NCBI GenBank assembly: GCA_026134025.1 | Contig: JAOQII010000002.1 | Location: 6,008-70,007, forward strand | Direction: 5' to 3' | Source: Candidatus Syntropharchaeum sp. | Lineage (GTDB): Archaea > Halobacteriota > Syntropharchaeia > Syntropharchaeales > Syntropharchaeaceae | Length of the DNA stretch: 64,000 bases | Shown here: piece by piece, positions 30,825 through 39,600 of the stretch | Layout of the letters: every line of letters starts with the position of its first letter | How positions within the stretch are numbered: the first letter of the stretch is position 1 | The notes under the pieces: model-generated | What the model was told of the DNA's origin: nothing | Databases searched by the model: none | What the model saw: the letters and a program-made list of their open reading frames with translations, nothing else | Made by a program: the position numbers and the translations under genes

Positions 30825-31949
30825 ATGGAGAAGATAGGAAGACCACATCATGATTTTACAGAGGAATGGGCTTATGAACGTTGGATGTTTGAGACGCACA
30901 TACTTGGAAGACCTGGCGATTCCAAGCGAGAGACGCCGATAAAGCTTACGCAGTCGCTTGATAAGTATCTGCAGACTGAGGTCTCGCAGTGGTGGAGAAT
31001 CGGAATGCTTGAGAGTTCTCAGACGGTCAATCTGTGGACACAGGGTCTCTTAGTAGATCCAGAGAATACCACCGTGACACTGGGTTATCCACCCTGTTAC
31101 TCCGCGGCTGTGCCGCTTGACCCTGCTGCAACGATTGCATTATTTGGTAAATCACTCGATCTCTGCTGGTTGCAATCCGATAACTTCTCAGGGAGGGCAA
31201 ACCCTCATACCGTCTCATATCACTACGAGGATGGTGTGATGACGTACATCGCGATGACCGACCCGGGTGAGGGGCAGGAGCTTGTTGAGCGGAAGCACAT
31301 GAAGGTCGGTAAGGAGGTAAAAGATCTCCCATACAATTATCCCGCGTTTGAGGCCGTGATGCTGATCAGGGATGTGATGATGGATGCAAGGAACGAGGAT
31401 ACCCCGGAGTATGCGATGTCTGCGTACCATCAGGGATGCTGGCAGGCACACCACGGCTACAACGAGTCTTTCCCCTCAAGATCGACGATGGATGCGATCA
31501 TGGGTATGTATCCGTTCTTCAACTGTGAGAAGATGGGGTGGCCCTTCAAGTCAACCTGTGATGAGCTACCAAGGCCCGTGGGGCTTGAGCTTTTAGTTGA
31601 GAACCCACCAGATATCTTCACATGGAGATGGAACGCACTGATTCTGGGTGAGAACTGGTCGAGCAAGTACACGATCTCACCCCACGAGCTGCACCTCGAG
31701 CTGCAGGGTATGGAGACGATTCCATGCACACCAGAAGAGACTGCCCGCAGGATCATCAGATATGGTATGGATAGATACGTCTTCCCTGAGACGTTCAAGC
31801 AGTCGACGTACATCTATGGGGATGAGGCAAGGGTACAGGAGCCAACAGAGTATCCACTCCCTGCCAAGACTGTTGTCTCTCACAAGGATGCAACCGATCT
31901 GATCTATAAAGCGCGAAAAGAACATCCTGAATGGATAATGGAGGTATAA
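30825..31949 (+). CDS. Hypothetical soluble protein (374 aa), first gene of the acrA cluster
   Basis: Strong AAGGAGG SD, long ORF with host-like codon use; no family recognised. Confidence 0.85.
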   Translation: MEKIGRPHHDFTEEWAYERWMFETHILGRPGDSKRETPIKLTQSLDKYLQTEVSQWWRIGMLESSQTVNLWTQGLLVDPENTTVTLGYPPCYSAAVPLDPAATIALFGKSLDLCWLQSDNFSGRANPHTVSYHYEDGVMTYIAMTDPGEGQELVERKHMKVGKEVKDLPYNYPAFEAVMLIRDVMMDARNEDTPEYAMSAYHQGCWQAHHGYNESFPSRSTMDAIMGMYPFFNCEKMGWPFKSTCDELPRPVGLELLVENPPDIFTWRWNALILGENWSSKYTISPHELHLELQGMETIPCTPEETARRIIRYGMDRYVFPETFKQSTYIYGDEARVQEPTEYPLPAKTVVSHKDATDLIYKARKEHPEWIMEV

Positions 31950-31952
31950 AAG

Positions 31953-32498
31953 ATGCCGATAGATTACAGTGTTTCAAAGAAGATTGTCGAGAATGGCATG
32001 GTGAACGTGGATAAACTCTGCCCTCACTCAGGGTTTGACAACGATATATATAATATACCGGCATGCAAGGCACCGATCGTTAACAAAGAGCTTTTATACT
32101 CGTACGTCCCAGATTGTGGGGTCTTCATGGGTCCAAAGACGACAAAGGCAAAATCACTTGTATATGGTGGAGAAGCAGAACCGCTCTATACGTATACCTG
32201 TGAGAAGGGGCACAAGTTTGTACGATGGTCTGGATGGTGTGATGTTCCCGAGGTTGAGCCTGGAACGAATGACCTGCACATGAGCGCTGAGACACTTGTC
32301 AAAGAGGGTAAGATGTTCGGGAGGCTTGAGAACTTTGAACCAAGGAGTACCCCAGGCTATGTATCAGTGGTCAAGAAGATTGAGGAAGAGGGATACACCC
32401 CAACCCAGGACGAGATGGAACAGTTCGGCATAACCCCAGAGGGAAAGGGACATGGAAATCCAGCCGTGCATGAATTGAAGAAGTGGGGATTGAAGTAG
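31953..32498 (+). CDS. Hypothetical Cys/His-containing protein (181 aa), possibly Zn-binding
   Basis: GGAGGT SD inside the upstream gene end, 3-nt gap; CPH...C and YTCEKGHKF. Confidence 0.8.
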   Translation: MPIDYSVSKKIVENGMVNVDKLCPHSGFDNDIYNIPACKAPIVNKELLYSYVPDCGVFMGPKTTKAKSLVYGGEAEPLYTYTCEKGHKFVRWSGWCDVPEVEPGTNDLHMSAETLVKEGKMFGRLENFEPRSTPGYVSVVKKIEEEGYTPTQDEMEQFGITPEGKGHGNPAVHELKKWGLK

Positions 32499-32528
32499 TT
32501 ATTTAGTTAATTATAAGTATAAAAGAAG

Positions 32529-34412
32529 GTGAATAAATTGGCTAAGAAGAAGAAGGCGACCAAGGGAGGGGTAAGTACTGGGCTTACAGATCTCGAGGAT
32601 AAGTATCGGAACAAGATGTTCCATGAGGTAACCGAGGGGACCGTCATCTCAACAGAGCTTGCATACAGTTACGATCCACTGAAACTGAAAGATGAGTTCA
32701 TGCCAGTAGAGCGTCAGCGGGAGATTTACAAGGCTCTCGATACGCTCTTCAATGGCGAACCGATGGATACTGTCGATGAGGAATCGTATCGGCATGGTGG
32801 TGTCCAGCAGTGTAAATCAAAGCGAGACTGGACTGAGTGGGGTAAGAAAATCTCGGTTGAGCGTGGAATCCCGCAGTACAACCGTGAGATGGGTATCCCG
32901 CTGGGTCAGCGATACTATGAACCTATTCTTGTATCAAATACCGACTATGTCGTGGACTATGATGACTTCTCGATCTACAACAACTGCGCGATCCAGCAGT
33001 TGATGGATGATATGAGAAAGACCGTGATAATCGGGCTTGATGTCCCGCATCGAGTCATCCAGCTCAGGCTCGGTAAGGAGATCTCTCCTGAGTCGATGAA
33101 CCTCTACATGGAGACGATGCAGCACGTGCTCGCAGGCGGTGCGGTTGTCCAGGAACACATGGCAGAGGCACATCCAGGTCTTGTTACTGATGCGTATGCG
33201 AAGATTATCACAGGAAACGCGGATCTTGCAGAGCAGTTCGATAGAAGATGGGTGATGAGTATTGAGAAAGAGTTCCACCCATCAAGGGCTGAACCTCTCC
33301 ACGAAACGATCGGAAACAGGCTCTACAATACGATCAGAACCCATACGCTCAGGCTGAGGATGACAAATGGAGCGGCTGTCATCAGGAGTGCGGCTATCGC
33401 TGTCACGATGTCATTTGTCGCGGCATACAAATTAACAGGCGAGTCGGTCCTATCTGATATCTCATTTGCAACACGGCATGCACAGGCGATTCACATGGGG
33501 CTTCCAACGTGGCTCTCGAGATCGCAGTCGCCGAACGAGCCTGGAGGAATCCCACTGGGGTACTGGGCTGATATGTGCTGTGCTGAGAAGGAGCTGCCGA
33601 ATACACCATGGATGAAGGCTGTTACCATCGAGCGGGACATGCAGCTCGGAAAAGATATGACCCAGGCTGTGCTTGAGTGCTGTGCTATCGCTTCACATAT
33701 GGATTCGGTATGGTATGGCATCTACATGTCAGGTGGACTTGGATTCCCGGCGTTTGCATATCTCTACTGTGGTAACATCCTCGATGACTGGCTCAACCGT
33801 TTCACTGAACTGTGCTACTACAACTTTGAGGGGCATGAGCGTTTCCCGGATTCGTGGGACTGTGCCAAGGGGATGGGTGAGGTTGCAGCCCTCTACCTCA
33901 TGGAGACGTATGAGAAGTACCCAACACTTCAGGAGCTTCACTGGGGCGGTGCGATCAGGTGCTTCATAACCTCAGCGATCGCAGATTCCTTTGCCGCACT
34001 TTTAACAGGTGATGCACTCCAGGGCTCGATGATCCAGAACTACATCGTCTCACTCCTCATGAAGGAGGGGTGGCTCAGGACCGGCTTTGGTGGACAGGAG
34101 GTGCAGGCACACTGTGGGCCCGCGTACGGGACATCGCTCAGGATCGAAGAGGGTGGACTCCCGGAACTTCGAGGGTCGAACTATCCAATGATGTCCTATA
34201 CAGCGACACACACACCAGGCTATATCACAGGGATTTATGCAGCGATGATAGGTCGAGGATCGTCATGGTCCTGCAGTCCCCTTGTGAAGGTTGCGTTTGC
34301 AGATCCTGATTCGTCATTTGACTTCAAGAATGCGCGGCTCTGCATCGCAAAGGGCTGCGCAAACGAGTTTGAACCGCAGGGTGAGCGTGACCTGATAAGG
34401 CCTGCACGATAA
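32529..34412 (+). CDS. mcrA: Divergent methyl/alkyl-coenzyme M reductase alpha subunit (AcrA)
   Basis: ERGIPQYN, GGAVVQEHMAE, PNEPGG, YMSGGLGF, ELRGSNYP, SPLVKVAFAD, FEPQGERDLI; possible TTG start at 32538. Confidence 0.96.
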   Translation: MNKLAKKKKATKGGVSTGLTDLEDKYRNKMFHEVTEGTVISTELAYSYDPLKLKDEFMPVERQREIYKALDTLFNGEPMDTVDEESYRHGGVQQCKSKRDWTEWGKKISVERGIPQYNREMGIPLGQRYYEPILVSNTDYVVDYDDFSIYNNCAIQQLMDDMRKTVIIGLDVPHRVIQLRLGKEISPESMNLYMETMQHVLAGGAVVQEHMAEAHPGLVTDAYAKIITGNADLAEQFDRRWVMSIEKEFHPSRAEPLHETIGNRLYNTIRTHTLRLRMTNGAAVIRSAAIAVTMSFVAAYKLTGESVLSDISFATRHAQAIHMGLPTWLSRSQSPNEPGGIPLGYWADMCCAEKELPNTPWMKAVTIERDMQLGKDMTQAVLECCAIASHMDSVWYGIYMSGGLGFPAFAYLYCGNILDDWLNRFTELCYYNFEGHERFPDSWDCAKGMGEVAALYLMETYEKYPTLQELHWGGAIRCFITSAIADSFAALLTGDALQGSMIQNYIVSLLMKEGWLRTGFGGQEVQAHCGPAYGTSLRIEEGGLPELRGSNYPMMSYTATHTPGYITGIYAAMIGRGSSWSCSPLVKVAFADPDSSFDFKNARLCIAKGCANEFEPQGERDLIRPAR

Positions 34413-34425
34413 GGAGGTATTAGCG

Positions 34426-35013
34426 ATGGTATACTATGGAGAGGTTGCACCAACTGCATATGAAAACGTACCAGGGCACTTTCTACCAACACCGCCACTG
34501 CCTGACAGGTGGTGGGATGATGTTGACTGGATCATCCTGAAGGATCACGAACCGACAGCGTACGAGATGCTCTTTGACTTCTACATCAACATGATCGTGC
34601 CAAATCCGAAGTGCACGATGGTTTCATCGAGATTTCCGCCAAGGTCAATCCTTATCGAGACGTGGCACCCCGAGCGTGGGCTTGAGGTTAACAGGTTCAT
34701 GATATCCCCTGGTGGGATCAGAGAGGGTGCACCTGAGCCAGGATCAGGTGTTGAGGTCGATACAATCTTCAGGATCGACTACTATGACCTCGCAAATATC
34801 CTGCTCGGCAATAAGCGACCAACCGATCCTGTGGCTGATAACGCAAGGATCAATGAGCTCTATGGTGGTCCGTGTCTCAGGGGAAACCTGACGGCACTCA
34901 TCGATTTCAAGGATATCATCATGCTTGCACATGGTAAGCGATGGAAGACTGAGTGTGATGATGATCTCGGAAAGGAAGTAAGAGCGATGATGTGGCCTGA
35001 TGGCCACCCCTAA
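34426..35013 (+). CDS. Hypothetical protein with an SCP2 (sterol carrier protein 2)-like C-terminal half
   Basis: AAGGAGGT SD; VDTIFRIDYYDLANILLGNKRP...RGNLTALIDF resembles the SCP2 D-x-t...l..l..G...p...GD/N-l pattern; family call is by eye. Confidence 0.6.
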   Translation: MVYYGEVAPTAYENVPGHFLPTPPLPDRWWDDVDWIILKDHEPTAYEMLFDFYINMIVPNPKCTMVSSRFPPRSILIETWHPERGLEVNRFMISPGGIREGAPEPGSGVEVDTIFRIDYYDLANILLGNKRPTDPVADNARINELYGGPCLRGNLTALIDFKDIIMLAHGKRWKTECDDDLGKEVRAMMWPDGHP

Positions 35014-35045
35014 TTTTTTTTCTTTTTTAATCAAAATATTTTTTT
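35014..35045 (+). terminator. Oligo-T tract after the acrA cluster core
   Basis: TTTTTTTTCTTTTTT directly after the stop. Confidence 0.5.
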
Positions 35046-35046
35046 G

Positions 35047-36108
35047 ATGAAACTCTGTGCACCCCTGCCCGGGCATCTTGACGCAACAAAGAAGATTCTA
35101 AAAGAAGAAGCTTCCAATCTCCATGAAGTCTTCATGGCTGGGTCTTCAGATTATATCCCAACAGGCAGGCAGGCTCTTGGAGAATCCTTCAGTGAGACGA
35201 TAGAAGAGACAACGAGGCTTGTACATGAAGATAACCTTCGCATGGACGTTGTGATGAACGCCTCGTGCATGGGAGGAAGACACCTCACGGATGAGGGTTT
35301 GCACCGTTACATGAGCTACCTTGAGATACTCGCACGTGCGGGTGTTGATGCTGTGACGCTTGCAGATCCCTACCTCATCGAGGTTGCATCCAGAAACTTC
35401 TCGTTTGATGTCATCGTCTCATGTATCTCCTTTGTGGATTCTCCAGAGAAGGCTATCTTCTATGAAGAGCTTGGTGCGGATGGTATAACAGTTGATACGA
35501 GTATAAACAGAGATTTCCACGTGCTTGAGGCGATTAGAGATGCTGTATCCTGTGATATCAGGGTTCTTGTCAATGAAGGGTGTCTCTATAAATGTCCTTT
35601 CAGGTACTTTGACTTCAACGTCGTATCGCATACCTCAGGTCCTCCGCCAGTACCAAAGATCTCATTCAACTACTACCAGCGCAAATGCAGATCTTTGAGG
35701 GTTAAGAAGCCGTGGCTTCTGATGAAGGCAAACTGGGTAAGGCCAGAAGACCTGAAGGCATACGAAGAGATCGGGATCGATACCTTCAAGATAAGCGGGA
35801 GAAATCAACCTGTAAACTGGGTGATCGAGACCATCAAGACCTATAAAAGCAGGGACTTTTCCGGAAATCTCATCGATCTTCTCGATTATTCAAGGAGTAT
35901 GAAGCATCTCTTCTACATCCCAAATAAGAAACTCGATGGGGCGATAGATAGATGGAAGTCATGTGACAGGAACTGTCATCGATGTGGGTTCTGCAAAGAT
36001 CTGACAGCGCAGATCATGAAGGTATATCTTGAGAGGGGGACGGATCGAGAAATGCTTGTAAGTCTAACTGAGTTGAATGAAGGAGTTCCTGATGAATACC
36101 CTGAATAA
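35047..36108 (+). CDS. Peptidase U32-family Fe-S protein
   Basis: GVDAVTLADPYL, VNEGCLYKCP, WVRPEDL, FKISGR, C-terminal CDRNCHRCGFC. Confidence 0.85.
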   Translation: MKLCAPLPGHLDATKKILKEEASNLHEVFMAGSSDYIPTGRQALGESFSETIEETTRLVHEDNLRMDVVMNASCMGGRHLTDEGLHRYMSYLEILARAGVDAVTLADPYLIEVASRNFSFDVIVSCISFVDSPEKAIFYEELGADGITVDTSINRDFHVLEAIRDAVSCDIRVLVNEGCLYKCPFRYFDFNVVSHTSGPPPVPKISFNYYQRKCRSLRVKKPWLLMKANWVRPEDLKAYEEIGIDTFKISGRNQPVNWVIETIKTYKSRDFSGNLIDLLDYSRSMKHLFYIPNKKLDGAIDRWKSCDRNCHRCGFCKDLTAQIMKVYLERGTDREMLVSLTELNEGVPDEYPE

Positions 36109-36469
36109 TTTGCTCGATCATCGAGGATCGATTGAGAAGCGTCTCATGAAACTGACAGGACGTGTGATCTGGGTTGTACAGCTCAATCTATCCTCCTTCA
36201 GCTGCGGGTGCACCGGGATAACGATATTTTTTGCGGGGCTTGAGAAAGAGGACGTTGAGGTATTTGCATCCAGGATCGTCGAGATACTCAACGAGGTCAC
36301 AGCAAGCGTGAGACTTGATCCTGATATCATCTATGCGTCGCTGGTACCTGGATCATCAGAGGTTGGCTCGATCTCACTGAAACGCCTATGTGATGAATGC
36401 AGAAAAGACTATGGCGGAGATGTAAGGCCCTGGAGTAACATAAGCATTCTTTATAAAAAAGCGTGCTAA
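36092..36469 (+). CDS. Small Cys-containing hypothetical protein, coupled to the U32 gene
   Basis: SCGC and CDEC motifs; overlaps the U32 stop; AAGGAG SD. Confidence 0.7.
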   Translation: MNTLNNLLDHRGSIEKRLMKLTGRVIWVVQLNLSSFSCGCTGITIFFAGLEKEDVEVFASRIVEILNEVTASVRLDPDIIYASLVPGSSEVGSISLKRLCDECRKDYGGDVRPWSNISILYKKAC

Positions 36470-36551
36470 ACCCTCCAAAAACATTCACGCCCTACGACAA
36501 TTATATGCGAGAAAGACTTAAATAATGTGGAGAGAGTGATAGTATATCTCT

Positions 36552-36624
36552 GCCCGGGTAGTGTAGAGGCCCATCATGGAGCCCTGTCGAGGCTTCGACT
36601 CGGGTTCGAATCCCGACCTGGGCG
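36552..36624 (+). tRNA. tRNA-Asp(GTC)
   Basis: Acceptor GCCCGGG/CCTGGGC, anticodon arm GAGCC-CTGTCGA-GGCTT, T arm GGTTCGAATCC; CCA not encoded. Confidence 0.95.
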
Positions 36625-36689
36625 TACATTTTTTATCTATTGAGATTGTTAATCAAAATATGCGTTCTTATTACACTAATATTAAGCGA

Positions 36690-39600
36690 ATGAGGGAGAT
36701 CATTAAAAATTGTGAGGGCTTTGATCGGATCATCGTTGTAACATCAAATAAGAATCAGGCGGCATTCTGGAAAAAGAGGCTTGATGGGGTCAAAGATCAG
36801 ATCATAGGTCAAAATTCGAAGATCTATGTTGTTCTTGAAGAATGGAAGGCTGGACAGCTTCTTGGCACATTGAACGCGTGGAATGAAGCCTGTAAGGAGG
36901 AGGATCTTGATGCACTTCTGGAGAATGGGGGGAAGGTTGCTATATACCACACCGCGGGTCTTGGGAAGCGTATGGCGCCGATTGTTCAATCAGAGGGGGG
37001 AGATAAATCTGCGATTAAGCTTCCAGGGTTACTTGAATATGACGGGCAAAAGGTACCAATGAGACTGCTTGAAGCTGTAATATACCAGTCTTCGATATTT
37101 GCACCGTCTCGTAGGGGCAGGATCTGCGTTTTCTGGACAGATCAGGTCTTTATTCCATCAGGAGATGTGGAGTTTGAAGGAAAGCATCACGTCGAACTCT
37201 TGAGTATCAGAAGAGAAGCACCGAGAACCCGGGAGGATTGGGACCAGAACTGGCGGTCTTACGGGCTTGTAATCCCTGATGATGATGGGGCAATGATGCT
37301 CGAGAAGCAAACCTGGGATGAGTTTACGAGGCTCATCGATGGTGGCATCATAAAGCCAAAGAAAGGGAAGTTTGTAATCGCAAAAGGACTTGGATGTTTC
37401 TCGATATCACATAAATTCTTCATTGAAGTTCTTGCTGCGTTCAGGAAGGATCTGGAAGAGCGAGGGAAGCTTGATACAGATCCTGATCTGTGGATGCCCC
37501 TGACATCACCCCAATTTGTTGAGACCGAGAAAAGGGCAAGAGTTGAAGGTTTGATAGATAAATTTGCACCGGGAGATCTGATCTTTAAAGATAAAGACGT
37601 GGGTGCTGATACATACTGGTGGGACTTTGGACAGGTCAGGCTCTACCATCAAAACCTGTTGAAACTGACAGAGGAGACAGAAGAGGGGGAGGTGATGCGT
37701 ACCTTCTTCAGGATCTGGAATGGCTCATCTGTGGTTGATAGCGTGATTAAGGATTCAGATCTTAGAGCGTGTGTCGTGATCTCAAGCCGGCTCAAGGGCG
37801 TGAGAGCGAAAAACTCTGTCATCTACAACTGTATCGAGCTTTCTGGATTCTCGGCTGAGAAGGAGGTTGTTGCAGATATTTTTCATCCGCTCAAGGGAAA
37901 GATAAGGATGAGAGCAGAGATATCTCGGGATGGAAAAAAAGACTGGAACCAGCGAATTTCTCCAAACTCATATACCTACGAGGAGCTTGAGTGTTTGATG
38001 AGAGATGTCTCGATGGATGAAATACACAAAGAGAGGCGTGTCTGGGAGAACTACTTCACACTGGATCTTGGAGCGGAATTTGATAGACTTAAATATTCAG
38101 GTGTACGGTTTAAGGAGAATCTCGTTCTGAAGGCATGGGGATACGAGTCCTGGCTCTGCTCTGCTCATCCCGCAAACCCATCGATGATAAGGGTTAGAGA
38201 TCTTGATATACCCCTGATTCACCTCCTGAATCATTGTGGAAGCTCGATAATCGGTAAGCAGATTTACAGCGATTTCAAGGGTGAGTTTCCGATACTGACC
38301 AAGTTCATAAACGCAGAGGAGAACCTATCTGTCCAGGTCCACCCATCTGATGAGGATGCTGAGCTTTTAGGTGAGGTTGAACGAGGAAAGACCGAGAGCT
38401 GGTACGTGATCGATGCAAAGCCAGGTGCAAAGATATATCTTGGCCTTAAAGAGGGGATCTCTGATCTTTCTGCGATTACAGAGGATGACCTGAATGCGAT
38501 CGAGGTTAAAGCTAATGATGTGTTCCTCATTCCTGCAGGAACACTTCATGCGATAGGTGGGGGAATTCTCCTCTTTGAGATTCAGGAATCGTCTGATATA
38601 ACATACAGGGTCTGGGATTGTGGGAGGGGGAGAGAACTTCATCTTGAGAAGGCGAGAGTAGTTTGCGTCTTTGATCAGGATCCAACTAATTTAAAACAAA
38701 GTCCTGAGCAAGTTAATGGCGAGATAGTACTTGTTGATACGCTTTATTTCACTTTATCGCTTATAGAAAGCGGTAAAGAGGAGACCATGGGATCATTTCA
38801 TCTTCTGACCGCGATCGAAGAAGATGCTGTGCTGGAGGTTGATGGAAGGCACGAGGAGTTAAAAAAAGGTGATACGGTCTTGATTCCAGCATCTATCCCG
38901 GCATACAGGATCAGATCGCGTGGAAAGGTTCTGAAGTCGTATCTTCGCACGCCTGAACAGATAGATCCTGTGATCTTCCAGACGTATGATGTGAGAGCTC
39001 ATGAGAGCAAACTTCCAGACCGGGTCTGCTATTACCTTGGAAAGGGATATGGGACCTATCTGCGCAGGCTTAAAGGTGCACCAGAAGGTGAGTTATGGGT
39101 CTGCATCGGCGGTGGGATCAGGCTCTCAACCCCACGGATAAGAAAGTCGCTCATCGCTGGAGTCTTATCAAGTGGTGTCAACGTCTACGATCTTGGGATA
39201 ACCTCAACACCAGAACTTTACTTCTCAATCCCCTTCCTCGGTGCGGATGGTGGGATAAATATAACAGCATCTCACAACCCGGCTTTTTACAACGGCCTTA
39301 AACAGGTCATAAAAAGTGATGATGGTTTCATATCAAGCATAAATCGTGATGAGATGCTTGAGATAAAAAGGACGATCCTCGAATCGGATTTTCTTGAGGG
39401 GAAAGGAAGGTCGATGAAGGTCGAGGAGGGATCGATCCCCAGATACCATAACATTCTCGTTGAGTCAAATTGCAGACTCGGCAGGGAGATCTGGATTCAT
39501 CTTTTAAAGAATTGGAACCTGAGAGAACTTCTCGATACGCTCTCAAACGTGAGCTTTCCAGAAAAGGCAGATCGAAAAAGCTTGAAAGCGATTAAGGAGA

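Noticed and set aside
30825..32498. Annotating these ORFs as mcrB and mcrG
   Set aside because: No recognisable McrB or McrG motifs, and both are shorter than those subunits
36576..36689. N-terminal extension of the 1361-aa ORF
   Set aside because: Overlaps tRNA-Asp; the real start is more likely ATG 36660 or 36690
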